Positions 9,779 to 19,245 of a stretch of 64,000 bases of DNA are shown here, piece by piece. Position numbers and translations under genes: made by a program. Origin of the DNA: Dehalococcoidia bacterium (GTDB taxonomy: Bacteria; Chloroflexota; Dehalococcoidia; Lucifugimonadales; UBA2985). The stretch spans positions 1,612,419-1,676,418 of the forward strand of contig OZ244716.1 in assembly GCA_965219025.1 (NCBI GenBank), written 5' to 3'. Numbering within the stretch: the stretch's first letter is position 1; every line of letters starts with the position of its first letter. Under the pieces are notes generated by a model. The model did no database searches and was not told where the DNA came from. It saw only the letters and a program-made list of their open reading frames with translations.

Positions 9779-10975
9779 CTACTCTGGCAACGGCCTGCCG
9801 CCGGCCGCTATCAGTTCACCGTTCTCGTGCCGTTCGACAAGGACTCGACCGTCTGTGCCATCTGTCTCTATCGTGTAGAGTACAGCGTCGTCACCGCCGA
9901 CCACAGCTATCCTGGAGCCATCCGGAGACCACGCGGTATACTCGTCCGTCCTAGGTAGCTGCCACCCTGCAGAGCCATCTGTTGGGAACACGTGGTCCCC
10001 GAACAGTATCGCGGAGCCGTCAGGAGACCACGATAGTGTGTCAGTCCAACGATGACGCACGATGGAGGACTGAACCATCCTCTCTTGTTGAGAGCCATCT
10101 GGGTGCACGGTGTATAGGTCGTATGGGCCACCTTCGGTGGTAGTCATTGCGAAGGCAATCCTACTGCCGTCGGGAGACCATGTAGGCATGCTGGTATTGT
10201 CCGCGAGTTTCTTGAGGCCCGAGCCGTCTTCTGCGACTACGTAGATGGACCTTGCCTCTTCAGAGTCCTGGGTTAGTATTGCCACGCGGTTTCCGTCAGG
10301 GGACCACGCCGGCCGCCCTCGAACATAGCTATTCTCCAAATCTTCTGGAGTAACCAGCGGCTGCGATGGAGTTCCGTCTGCCGCAATCACGCTGGTTCCA
10401 CGCTGCCAATCAGGCTGCGACGATACAGCATATGCAATTCTTGTCCCGTCGGGCGACCAGACGGGATTCATGTCTAGCGTATCGTTGTTGGTGAGTCTGA
10501 GTTGGTCTGAGCCATCGGGCTTGGCCGTTACTATCTCCCAACTCCCAGACCCGCTATTGGGATCTTCGATGTAAGCGGCATAGGCTATGCGCGAGCCGTC
10601 TGGCGAAATGCTTGGAGTAGTAGCGAGGTCCAGTCCCTCACCACTGCCGTCAACTAGGCCCAAACGTGAGCCTGCAGAGTCGATCACATAGAGCCTGCCG
10701 CTCAGGCTAAACGCAATGTAGCTACCGTCGGGGAACCATATGGGTGCTGACCGCAGCAATGTCCAAGCTTTACTCCGTTCTCTCTCCCATCGCTTCTGCA
10801 TTTGTTCCACAGTGGCTTGATTTGCCGGCGGTGGGGTAGCCGTCGGTTCAGGCGGGCCGTAACCACGAAATGCAAATTGGCTAAAGAGAAACCAGTAGAG
10901 CCCTGTCAGGAGAAAACCCACTCCGAGAATTCCCAACACGCTCAGCAGGATCCGGGACGCCACCCTAGTCAACAT
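9779..10975 (-). CDS. membrane-anchored PD40/TolB-like beta-propeller protein
   Basis: 398 aa with an N-terminal TM helix. There are more than six repeats of the WSPDGSRIA-type PD40 motif. GC is lower than in the neighbours. Confidence 0.8.
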   Translation of the reverse strand: MLTRVASRILLSVLGILGVGFLLTGLYWFLFSQFAFRGYGPPEPTATPPPANQATVEQMQKRWERERSKAWTLLRSAPIWFPDGSYIAFSLSGRLYVIDSAGSRLGLVDGSGEGLDLATTPSISPDGSRIAYAAYIEDPNSGSGSWEIVTAKPDGSDQLRLTNNDTLDMNPVWSPDGTRIAYAVSSQPDWQRGTSVIAADGTPSQPLVTPEDLENSYVRGRPAWSPDGNRVAILTQDSEEARSIYVVAEDGSGLKKLADNTSMPTWSPDGSRIAFAMTTTEGGPYDLYTVHPDGSQQERMVQSSIVRHRWTDTLSWSPDGSAILFGDHVFPTDGSAGWQLPRTDEYTAWSPDGSRIAVVGGDDAVLYTIETDGTDGRVLVERHENGELIAAGGRPLPE

Positions 10976-11014
10976 AGTCCAACTCCGAATCTCACTCCTA
11001 TGGCCCGGCTCAGC

Positions 11015-11221
11015 CTAAATGAATGGCATCACGTACGACGCGTAGTACCAAATCTCCGCCCAGAAGTCCAGATAGAAGTACCAGAAGCGGTCACCGAGTG
11101 CTGCCCTCCTGATCTCCGCAACGATGAAGACCAGGCCGAGGAACGCCAAGATCCCCACTAGGTACTTCTTGACGCTTTTCCCTCCGGTTGGTCTGCCATG
11201 GGGGGAAGTCAACTCGATCAC
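11015..11221 (-). CDS. small hypothetical membrane protein
   Basis: 68-aa ORF with one clear hydrophobic helix (YLVGILAFLGLVFIV), on the same strand as its neighbours. No other support. Confidence 0.3.
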   Translation of the reverse strand: MIELTSPHGRPTGGKSVKKYLVGILAFLGLVFIVAEIRRAALGDRFWYFYLDFWAEIWYYASYVMPFI

Positions 11222-11275
11222 CTCACGGGGCAGTCCGCCGATACAAGGCTTGGGTGCGGACTTCGGAACGCCGCC

Positions 11276-13147
11276 CTACTCCGCCTCTCGTACCGTGAGG
11301 GCGGTGTTGGCCTTGACGTCCTGCAGGAGCGTCACCTTGCCGCTGGGCCACACCACCTCGATCTCGTCCACCTCCGCCATGCTCCCAAGCCCGCAGATGA
11401 TGTCCCGGCCGTTGCCGCCCAGGTAGCCGGAGCCGCCGCGGACCTCCGCGATCTGGCGCCATTTGCTTGTCTTGAAGGTCACGCGTGCGCCGATGCCGTC
11501 GCGGTTGGCCGCCGCGCCTTCCAGATGCAGCTTCACCCAGTTGTTGCGACCGGCCAGCTCGTTGCGGTAGAGGGCGTTGTCGCCGTCGGCGTTGACCACG
11601 TAGAAGTCAACCGAGCCGTCGCCATCGAAATCACCCACGGCGGTGCCACGGCCCACGCCGGGGTTGCCGAAGCCAGCCGCGACGCTAACGTCGGTGAACG
11701 TGCCGTCGCGGTTGTTGCGGTACAGGATGTTGGGCTCCAGGCGCGCCTTGCCGCCTCCGCCGCCCTCCTCCTTGGGCACGCCCACCAGCCCGTTGGTGAC
11801 GTATATGTCCAGGAAGCCGTCGTTGTCGTAGTCGACGAAACCCGTTGCCCAGCCCACGTTGAAGTCCGCCACGCCTGCGTCCTGGCCAATCTCCGTGAAG
11901 GTGCCGTCACCGTTGTTGCGCCACAGGAAGTTCTCGTTGTAGTTGCTCCAGTAGATGTCGAAGTGGCCGTCCTTGTCGTAGTCGCCCGCGTCGATGCCCA
12001 TGCAGCTGCCCAGCACGAACATGCCTGCGTCCTCCGTGATGTCCGTGAATGCGCCGTTGCCGTCGTTGCGATAGAGCGGGCTGACGCCCTGGTCGTTGCA
12101 CTCGACAAAGTCCTGGTCGCCGTCGTTGTCGTAGTCGAACCATATCGACTCGAACGTCATTCCGCTCTTGACGAGCTGGCCGCCGGCCCACCGGTAGCGC
12201 ACGGGACCGTGCTGGCCGCGGACACCCGCCTGCTCTGCCACGTCCGTGAATGTGCCGTCGCCGTTGTTGCGGTAGAGGACGTTGGCGTCGCCCATGCCCG
12301 TGTCCTCCTCGCCGTAGATGCCAAAGTTTGCCACGTACAGGTCCAGGAGGCCGTCCATGTCGTAGTCGACCCAGGTTGCGCCGGAGCCGTGCGCCACGTT
12401 GTCCACGCCGGCGAGGGGAGCGACGTCCGTGAACGTGCCGTCGGCGTTGTTGCGAAAGAGCAGGTTGGGCTCGCTGGCCTTGTGGTCGATGGAGACGCCC
12501 TGGTCCTCGCTGTGGCATACGACGTAGAGGTCCTGGTCGCCGTCGTTGTCGTAGTCGGCCCATGCGACGCCGTAGGAGTTGCACGGGGCGGTGACGCCCG
12601 CTTCCGCCGTCACGTCCGTGAAGGTACCGTCGCCGTTGCTGCGGTACAGCATGTTGGGGCCGTCGGTGGCGACGTACAGGTCCGGGTGGCCGTCGTCGTT
12701 GTAGTCGCCCCACGAGGCGCCCGGCCCGAAGCCGTTCCGGAAGTTCTGCGTACCGCCGCCGGGCACGCCGGCAGCCCCGGTGATCTCGGTGAACCAGGGC
12801 ATGGCCTGCATGACAAAGGCGTTGGGTGCGCTCTTGCGGCTGCCGTCGCTGACGGTCAGGCTCACCTCATACTCGCCGGGCACGTCCGGAGTGAGGCTAG
12901 TGGTCGAAAGGTCAAGGCTGGTGAGCTGCGCCACGCTGTGCTCGGGCGCACGCGCGATCTGCCACGAGTATGTGAGCGCTCCGCCGTCCGGGTGCAGGCT
13001 TGCGTCGCCGCTGAGAGCGACGGCGTGGCCCGCGAGCACGGTGGAGTCGCCCTCCACGCTGGCCTCAGGCGCAGGGCTGCTGCAGCCCGCGAGTGCAACT
13101 GCGATGATGGCCATCGCCGCGGCAACCGGCAGAATGAACTTCCGCAT
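11276..13147 (-). CDS. CRTAC1/ASPIC-UnbV family FG-GAP (VCBS) repeat lipoprotein with N-terminal PKD-like domain
   Basis: Start trimmed to MRKFILPV (RBS GGGGTGG), with lipobox LAGC. There are many DYDNDGxxDLYV FG-GAP/VCBS repeats. The C-terminal UnbV_ASPIC-like block reads GSGYLGGNG...VEVVWPSG. Confidence 0.85.
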   Translation of the reverse strand: MRKFILPVAAAMAIIAVALAGCSSPAPEASVEGDSTVLAGHAVALSGDASLHPDGGALTYSWQIARAPEHSVAQLTSLDLSTTSLTPDVPGEYEVSLTVSDGSRKSAPNAFVMQAMPWFTEITGAAGVPGGGTQNFRNGFGPGASWGDYNDDGHPDLYVATDGPNMLYRSNGDGTFTDVTAEAGVTAPCNSYGVAWADYDNDGDQDLYVVCHSEDQGVSIDHKASEPNLLFRNNADGTFTDVAPLAGVDNVAHGSGATWVDYDMDGLLDLYVANFGIYGEEDTGMGDANVLYRNNGDGTFTDVAEQAGVRGQHGPVRYRWAGGQLVKSGMTFESIWFDYDNDGDQDFVECNDQGVSPLYRNDGNGAFTDITEDAGMFVLGSCMGIDAGDYDKDGHFDIYWSNYNENFLWRNNGDGTFTEIGQDAGVADFNVGWATGFVDYDNDGFLDIYVTNGLVGVPKEEGGGGGKARLEPNILYRNNRDGTFTDVSVAAGFGNPGVGRGTAVGDFDGDGSVDFYVVNADGDNALYRNELAGRNNWVKLHLEGAAANRDGIGARVTFKTSKWRQIAEVRGGSGYLGGNGRDIICGLGSMAEVDEIEVVWPSGKVTLLQDVKANTALTVREAE

Positions 13148-13233
13148 ATCCACCCCGTCATTCACGGTGTCAATATGATACGCTCAGCGGGCCTGTTGCA
13201 CAAGCGCAAGCGACGTGCCGTCAACGCGAACGC

Positions 13234-13261
13234 GGAAGCGCCCCCTTTCGGGGGCGCTTCC
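13234..13261 (-). terminator. perfect GC-rich palindrome downstream of the SBP gene
   Basis: GGAAGCGCCCCC-TTTC-GGGGGCGCTTCC lies 32 nt after the stop at 13293. There is no clear U-tract, so function is uncertain. Confidence 0.4.
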
Positions 13262-13292
13262 ATACAGTCCGATCCAGTCGATCTCTTGCCGG

Positions 13293-15284
13293 CTACTCTA
13301 CCAGCCAGACCCTGTCGGTGAGTCTCTGCTGCGAGTAGGTGCCCAGGTTGTAGTACCGGACTCCCTTTGCCTCCCAGCGGTTCGGCCACGCCACGTTCAT
13401 GATACCCAGCGGCGTGTGCACCGCCGACTCGTAGAGGTACAGCTCCATCTCTCTCACCAGCTCTTCACCGCGAGCCCTGTCCTGTGTCACGTCCAGCTCT
13501 TCGATCACTGCGTCCAGCTCGGCCCACTCAGCGGCCGGTATCGGGCCGTCGTTGGTCCACCCGGGGTTGTCCCGGCAGTCCTCGCGGCCGTGCCACTGGC
13601 TGTGGACCTTCCAAAGGCCGTCAATGGCGTGCTCAATGTAGGACTGCCCGTAGGTGGGACTGGCCTCAGACCGTATGGTGTACAGGCACTCGGTCTGTAT
13701 GTTCCCGTAGCTGTCGACGTACTGCACGTCGAACTCCCAGTTCAGGTGCTTCTTGAAGAAGTCCAGGCCCCACAGGCTGACCTCTCGACGGCTAAGCAGC
13801 TCTCTGACGTACTGGTCCGTCCTGGGCCTGACCCCTGGGCCGAACACCTCGTCCAGAATCCGGTTCGCCTCAGCCAAGTCTGCGTCCTTCGTCGCAGGGT
13901 TCATTCCGGGGAACGTCTGGAACTCCTCCTCCTGGATTCCCCAGCCGGCGTCCGAGTGGAGCACCAGGTAGGGGTCACCCATCTTCACCGCGCCGACCGT
14001 GGTGAACCTCAACCAGTCCTCACGGTCGAGAGCTAGCTGCACCGCGTGCCTAACGTCCCAGTCGTCGAACGGGGGCCGCAGGTGGTTCAGGAGGAAGTGC
14101 TGCTGGTGGTTGTACCGGACTATCTGTAGCTCGATGATGTTCGAGTACTGGTCCTGCACCTGCTGCACCTGGGCCTTGGTTATTCCGCTGCTGCCATGGC
14201 CGGCCTGGTGTATCTTGCCGGTCAGCAGCGCTGCGAACTTCGTGTTGTAGTCCTGGATGGCGAAGTTGTCCATCCCGTCGATGAACGGTGCTCCGGTCAG
14301 CCAGTAGTTGGGGTTCTTCCGGGACTTCATCACTGTCTGCGAGTCGGCAGACAGGGGGATGAACGGACCCGTGCCCATGTTGACCATGTAGCCCTCGGGC
14401 ACCGCCGTGGACTGAATGCCCGGATACTCCGCATCCATCCACTCGCGGTAGTCCCTGTCCCAGATGGCAATGCCGGCCGCGAGCCAGCCCAGCGTTCCGT
14501 TCCTGACCCGGTCGAATTGCATCACCGCCGTCTTGCCATCGGGGCCGTCCGGGCAGCTCACCTCGTCCAGGTGGCCCATGATGAACTCGCCGGTCTTGAT
14601 GTAGCTGGCCCGTGTCTCGGGCGGCGGGTTGGCGAACCACTCGTGGCTGGCCTTGATGTCCTCGCAGGCCAGCTCAGTGCCATAGCCTGGTGCACCCTGC
14701 TCCTTGGCCCAGCCATCCTCGTGGAACTGCACGTTGTCACGCAGCACGAAGGTGTAGGTCAGGCCGTCCGCCGAGATCTCGAAGCTCTCGCACAGGTCGC
14801 AGATTGGTGCATCCGTGATCGCGCCCCACGGGTCCATCATCATCAGGCTGTTGTGCGCAGCGAACTGCCACCGGCTGAACGCGCCGTACCCCAGCGTTGT
14901 CTGGAACCGTGATGCAGGCCTGGGTTCCGCGGTCTTGTAGATCCCGCCGTACTGCGGCTCGCCCCAGTCAGGCTTGTAGCCGCGGTGGTTGAGGAGGAAG
15001 TTCGTCCAGTCGTCACGGTAGTCCGTCGGCAGCATTTCCTCCACCGGGGTTGCCGTGGGCGCCGTTGTGGCCGTCGGCTCACCAGGCGCAGCAGTCGCAT
15101 CCGGCATGGCCGTGGCATCTGGCATGGCCTCTGTCGCCTCTGGCATTGCCGTGGGCGGCGTCGTTGCCGTTGGCGCGGGCGTGCTAGTCGGCTCTTCACC
15201 TCCGCAAGCTAGCGCCACCGCCAAGATGGTAGCGGCAAGCACCGCCAAAAGCGGCCTTACTCTGGGTGCATAACGCAAACGCAT
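13293..15284 (-). CDS. ABC transporter substrate-binding lipoprotein, family 5 (peptide/nickel type), copy 1
   Basis: 663 aa with lipobox VALAC and a Pro/Thr/Ala-rich tether followed by an SBP_bac_5-like body. It is about 85% identical to copy 2 over the N-terminal half by eye. Confidence 0.85.
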   Translation of the reverse strand: MRLRYAPRVRPLLAVLAATILAVALACGGEEPTSTPAPTATTPPTAMPEATEAMPDATAMPDATAAPGEPTATTAPTATPVEEMLPTDYRDDWTNFLLNHRGYKPDWGEPQYGGIYKTAEPRPASRFQTTLGYGAFSRWQFAAHNSLMMMDPWGAITDAPICDLCESFEISADGLTYTFVLRDNVQFHEDGWAKEQGAPGYGTELACEDIKASHEWFANPPPETRASYIKTGEFIMGHLDEVSCPDGPDGKTAVMQFDRVRNGTLGWLAAGIAIWDRDYREWMDAEYPGIQSTAVPEGYMVNMGTGPFIPLSADSQTVMKSRKNPNYWLTGAPFIDGMDNFAIQDYNTKFAALLTGKIHQAGHGSSGITKAQVQQVQDQYSNIIELQIVRYNHQQHFLLNHLRPPFDDWDVRHAVQLALDREDWLRFTTVGAVKMGDPYLVLHSDAGWGIQEEEFQTFPGMNPATKDADLAEANRILDEVFGPGVRPRTDQYVRELLSRREVSLWGLDFFKKHLNWEFDVQYVDSYGNIQTECLYTIRSEASPTYGQSYIEHAIDGLWKVHSQWHGREDCRDNPGWTNDGPIPAAEWAELDAVIEELDVTQDRARGEELVREMELYLYESAVHTPLGIMNVAWPNRWEAKGVRYYNLGTYSQQRLTDRVWLVE

Positions 15285-15507
15285 ATCCCACCTCCCATCG
15301 GAATGCCGCCATTCTATCAGTCACCAAGGAGTGTGTCAATTAACGCACGCCCTAGGCATATCATAACGTGAAGGTGTCCCTTCTAGACAAGTGCCGTATT
15401 TCGTACTTGCCTCCGCCCAACTATACTCTTTCTCGTCATCAGCTCGACGCATTATCGTACGCTCCGGAGCGGCCTATGCGACACGCTTGGGGACAGCCGC
15501 CGTCTGG

Positions 15508-15662
15508 GTGACCTCCGTGAAGCAGGGCATGGCCTGCGTCACAGAGTCGTTAGCGTGCTTTCGCGGTTGCTGTCCCGGACGGTCGGGTGGATCTCGTTCA
15601 CGCCCGGCACGTCCGGCGTGAGGCTCGCGGTTGACAGGTCCAGGCTCGTGAGCTGCGCCTCA
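15508..15662 (-). pseudogene. relic fragment of a second CRTAC1/PKD-domain gene
   Basis: About 155 nt align at roughly 75% identity by eye to 12778-12940, the PKD-like N-terminal part of the CRTAC1 gene. No signal peptide region or downstream body remains. The fragment sits right after the SBP copy 2 stop. Confidence 0.6.
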
Positions 15663-15674
15663 ATCGCTACCCGG

Positions 15675-17885
15675 CTAGTCTACCAGCCACACCCTGTCGT
15701 GGAGCCTCTGCTGTGAGTAGGTGCCCAGGTTGTAGTACCGGACGCCCTTCACCTCAGCCCTGTTGGGCCACGCCACGTTCATGGTGCCCAGCTGGTAGGC
15801 CGTGGCCCTCTCATTGACCATGTACTCTTCCAGCTCCAGCGCTAGCTCGCGGCGCCGGTCCTGGTCCAGGCTGGTGTCCAGCTCGATAATCATCGAGTTG
15901 ATCCTTGCCAGCTCCTCGTCGGGTGATCGACCGTCGCCCTTCCAGCCCGTAACGTCGCACTCAGGGCTGGTGGTCAGTTCGGTGTGCATACCCCAGAAGG
16001 CGTCCGAGGGATCGGAGGTGTACACCTGCCTGTTGGGAGCGGCGTTGGCCTCAGCTCTGATGGTGTAGAGACACTCGGTGCTGATGGGGCCGTAGGTGTC
16101 ACCGTACTGGACGTCGAACTCCCAGCCCAGGTGCCTCTTCATCTGGTCGATGAGCCAGAGGCTGATCTCACGTCGGCTCAGCAGCTGGATGACGTACTGA
16201 TCGGTCCGCGGCCGGTTGCCCGATCCAAACGCATCGTCCAGCAGCCGGTTCGCCTCCGCAATGTCGGCGTCCTTCGTGGCGGGGTTCCAGCCGGGAACCT
16301 GCATGAACTCCGCGGTCGACTTGCCCCAGCCGCTGTCAATGTGCAGGAAGTAGACGGGGCTGGACATCTTGATGTCGCCCACGGTGCTGAACGTATCCCA
16401 GTCGCCCCGGTCAAGGAACAGCTGGACTGCCCAGCGGACTTCCCACTTGTCGAACGGAGGCCTCAGGGGGTTGGCGCGAATCCCGGAGATGTGGTTGTAC
16501 CGGACAATCTGCTGTTCGATGATGTCCGAGTACTGCTCCTGGATCTGCTGCACCTGCGCCTTGGTGATGCCCATGCTCCCATGGCCGGCCTGGTTGATCT
16601 TGCCGGTTACGAGAGCTGCAAACTTCGTGTCGTGGTCCTGGATGGCGAAGTTGTCCATCCCATCAATGAACGGAGCGCCCGTCAGCCAGTAGTTCGGGTT
16701 CTTCCGGGACTTCATCACATTTCCAGAGTCGGCGGACAAAGGGATGAAGGGGCCCGTGCCCATGTTGATCAAGTAGCCCTCGGGCACTGCCGTGGACTGC
16801 ACGCCGGGATACTCGGCATCCATCCACTCGCGGTAGTCCTTGTCCCAGACGGCTATGCCGACCGCCAGCCACTGGAGGGTAGCGTTCCTGAAGCGGTCGA
16901 AGTGCATCACAGCCGTCTTCCCATCGGGGCCGTCTGGGCAGCTCACCTGGTGAAGGTGACCCATGTAGAACTGGCCAGTCCTGATGTAGCTTGCGCGAGT
17001 CTTGGGCGGCGGGTTGGCAAACCACTCGTGGCTGGCCTTGATGTCCTCGCAGGCCAGCTCCGTGCCGAATCCCGGCGCTCCCTGCTCCTTGGCCCAGCCC
17101 TCCTCGTGGAACTGCACGTCCTCACGCAACTTGAATGTGTACGTCAGGCCGTCGGCGGACACCTCGAAGCTCTCGCACAGGTCGCAGACCGGTGCATCCC
17201 GGATGGTACCCCACGGGTCCTGCATCAGCAAGCTATTGTGCGCAGCAAACTGCCACCGGCTGAGCGGACCGTATCCAAGAGTTGTCTGGAACCTCAACGC
17301 GCGCCTCGGGTCTGCAGTCTTGTAGATCCCGCCGTACTGAGGCTCGCCCCACTCGGGCTTGTAGCCCGGATGGTTCAGCAGGTAGTTCACCCAGTCCTCC
17401 TGCGGGACCTCTGTGGCCGTGGGCAGGGGCACTGCCGTGGGTGTGGGCGTTGCCGTGGGCGTGGCAGGAGCAATGGGCCCATCAGGCGACTCCTCCAGCT
17501 TCGAGACCTCTGTCGGCGTGAGCGCAAACGAGGCGGTTGCAGGAGCCATCGTCGCGTCAGGTGTCCCCTCCGTCGTGGGCTCTGTCCGCGTGGGCACTAC
17601 CAAGGGGGTGGCAGGAGCCATCGTCCCGTCAGGCGTCTCCTTCGTCATGGTCTCCGTCGGCGTAGGCGCTGCCGAGGCGGTGGCGGGAGCCACCGTACCG
17701 TCAGGCGTCTTCTCCGGTGTCGCGGCCTCCGTTTGCGTGGCCGCCGCTGTGGCTCTCGGAGCCGTGGAAGTTGTCGGCGCTCGCACGGCAGTAGGTGGGA
17801 TGTCACACGCCAACAGCGCCAGTATCGTGGCGCCGGCCAACACCACTATGGCAGGCCTTGCTTTCAATGCGTAGCTCAGCCGCAT
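15675..17885 (-). CDS. ABC transporter substrate-binding lipoprotein, family 5, copy 2 (expanded tether)
   Basis: 736 aa with lipobox LLAC and a roughly 130-aa Pro/Thr/Ala tether containing four tandem repeats. The body is paralogous to 13293-15284. Confidence 0.85.
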   Translation of the reverse strand: MRLSYALKARPAIVVLAGATILALLACDIPPTAVRAPTTSTAPRATAAATQTEAATPEKTPDGTVAPATASAAPTPTETMTKETPDGTMAPATPLVVPTRTEPTTEGTPDATMAPATASFALTPTEVSKLEESPDGPIAPATPTATPTPTAVPLPTATEVPQEDWVNYLLNHPGYKPEWGEPQYGGIYKTADPRRALRFQTTLGYGPLSRWQFAAHNSLLMQDPWGTIRDAPVCDLCESFEVSADGLTYTFKLREDVQFHEEGWAKEQGAPGFGTELACEDIKASHEWFANPPPKTRASYIRTGQFYMGHLHQVSCPDGPDGKTAVMHFDRFRNATLQWLAVGIAVWDKDYREWMDAEYPGVQSTAVPEGYLINMGTGPFIPLSADSGNVMKSRKNPNYWLTGAPFIDGMDNFAIQDHDTKFAALVTGKINQAGHGSMGITKAQVQQIQEQYSDIIEQQIVRYNHISGIRANPLRPPFDKWEVRWAVQLFLDRGDWDTFSTVGDIKMSSPVYFLHIDSGWGKSTAEFMQVPGWNPATKDADIAEANRLLDDAFGSGNRPRTDQYVIQLLSRREISLWLIDQMKRHLGWEFDVQYGDTYGPISTECLYTIRAEANAAPNRQVYTSDPSDAFWGMHTELTTSPECDVTGWKGDGRSPDEELARINSMIIELDTSLDQDRRRELALELEEYMVNERATAYQLGTMNVAWPNRAEVKGVRYYNLGTYSQQRLHDRVWLVD
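17436..17717 (-). repeat. in-frame tandem repeats encoding the SBP tether
   Basis: Four copies of a roughly 23-26-aa unit (T)PDGT(V/M)APAT..(A/L)..PT.TE, read in the translation at aa 57-150. Confidence 0.6.
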
Positions 17886-18069
17886 GTGCTACCTCACATC
17901 GTAATGCGGCAAATATATAGGGCGTAAAGATATCTGTCCATCAACCCGCTTCCCTGGAGCTTTTGCAGATTGCGCTGTTACCGTCAAACCTTGGGCGCAT
18001 TTCGTACTCGCCACTGCCGGGGCAAACTCCTTCTCACCGTCAAGCCGGCGCGTTGTCACACGCCCCGGA

Positions 18070-18130
18070 GCGGCCCGCCCCGCTCAGGCCCTTCGACATG
18101 CTCAGGATGAGCGGAGGCAAGGGAGGGCTG
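18070..18130. repeat. GC-rich intergenic repeat element (copy 2)
   Basis: gcccgccccgctcaggcccttcgacatgctcaggatgagcgg resembles the ttcgacaNgctc units at 22811-22925 and 58761-58830. Confidence 0.45.
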
Positions 18131-18150
18131 CCGTCCGGCCAGCCGGCAGG

Positions 18151-18179
18151 TGGATTTGGCCACTTCAACGCGCTATACT
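18151..18179 (+). promoter_or_regulatory. candidate sigma70-type promoter of trpS
   Basis: TGGATT-17 nt-TATACT lies about 55 nt upstream of the trpS ATG. The -35 is weak. Confidence 0.35.
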
Positions 18180-18234
18180 TCTCGTCCGAGGCGCAATCGG
18201 AGATTCGCGCACACAACGGGAGGAGTCGCGGGCC

Positions 18235-19245
18235 ATGACATCCAGCGGACACAGGGTATTCTCGGGTATGCGGCCGTCTGGACGGCTGCACGTGGGCAAC
18301 TACGTGGGAGCCCTGCAGAACTGGGTTGCCATGCAGGACGAGTTCGAGTGCATCTACTGCGCCGTGGACGTCCACGCCCTCACCGACATGCAGGGCGAGG
18401 ACACCAGGGAGATTCGCCCCAACGTGCACGAGATGGTGCTCGACTGGCTGGCCGCGGGCATCGACCCGGACAGGAGCCTTGTGTTCGCGCAGTCGCAGGT
18501 GCCGGAGGTGATGGTGCTCCACACGCTGCTGAGCATGGTCACGCCCCTCGGCTGGCTCATGCGCGTGCCCACCTTCAAGGACAAGGTGCGGCAGATGCAG
18601 GAGACGGAGGAGTCGGTGAGCTACGGCCTCGTGGGCTATCCCGTGCTCATGACGGCGGACATCATCCTCTACAAGGCGGACACCGTTCCGGTGGGCGAGG
18701 ACCAGCTGCCGCACCTGGAGCTGGCGCGGGAGATTGCCCGCAGGTTCAACCACCTGTACGGCCCGACGTTCCCGGAGCCGCAGGCCCGGCTGACGGAGGC
18801 GCCGCTGGTCGTCGGCTTGGACGGCGCCCACAAGATGAGCAAGAGCCTGGACAACCACATCGAGCTGGCCGCCACGCCGGAGGAGACCGGCGCCAGGATC
18901 GCAACGGCCTTCACGGACCCTGAGCGGCTTCGCCGGTCCGACCCCGGGCGCCCGTGGGTGTGCAACGTCTACTCTCTTCACCGGCTGTTCAACCCAGACA
19001 AGCTCGACGAGGTGTACCAGGGGTGCGTGTCCGCCCAGCTGGGATGCGTGGAGGACAAGCGCCTGCTGGCGGACGGCGTCAACGAGAGCCTGGCCGCCTT
19101 CCGCGAGCGGCGCAACGAGCTGGCGTCGAGGCCGGGCTACGTGGAGGATGCCCTGCGAGAGGGCGCCCGCCGCGCCCAGGCCATCGCACGGGAGACCCTG
19201 GCCGAGGTGCAGGAGCGGCTTGGCCTGGTGGGAGTCGCCCTGTGA
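18235..19245 (+). CDS. trpS: tryptophan--tRNA ligase
   Basis: 336 aa with a HVGN (HIGH-type) motif, a KMSKS motif and class I TrpRS-like blocks. Confidence 0.95.
   Translation: MTSSGHRVFSGMRPSGRLHVGNYVGALQNWVAMQDEFECIYCAVDVHALTDMQGEDTREIRPNVHEMVLDWLAAGIDPDRSLVFAQSQVPEVMVLHTLLSMVTPLGWLMRVPTFKDKVRQMQETEESVSYGLVGYPVLMTADIILYKADTVPVGEDQLPHLELAREIARRFNHLYGPTFPEPQARLTEAPLVVGLDGAHKMSKSLDNHIELAATPEETGARIATAFTDPERLRRSDPGRPWVCNVYSLHRLFNPDKLDEVYQGCVSAQLGCVEDKRLLADGVNESLAAFRERRNELASRPGYVEDALREGARRAQAIARETLAEVQERLGLVGVAL

Noticed and set aside
11198-13321. 707-aa ORF on the plus strand
   Set aside because: It is fully antisense to the CRTAC1/FG-GAP gene, which has many unmistakable repeats. Its translation is Ala/Val/His/Arg-rich with no motifs, so it is a typical high-GC shadow ORF.
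15984-17927. 647-aa ORF on the plus strand
   Set aside because: It is antisense to SBP copy 2. Its composition is Arg/Gly/Val/His-rich low complexity with no recognisable domain.
18954-19241. N-terminal 96 aa of the 369-aa ORF containing the IMPase-family gene
   Set aside because: This part lies inside trpS in another frame and is Arg/Gly/Pro-rich. A GTG at 19242 overlapping the trpS stop gives a normal-length IMPase.
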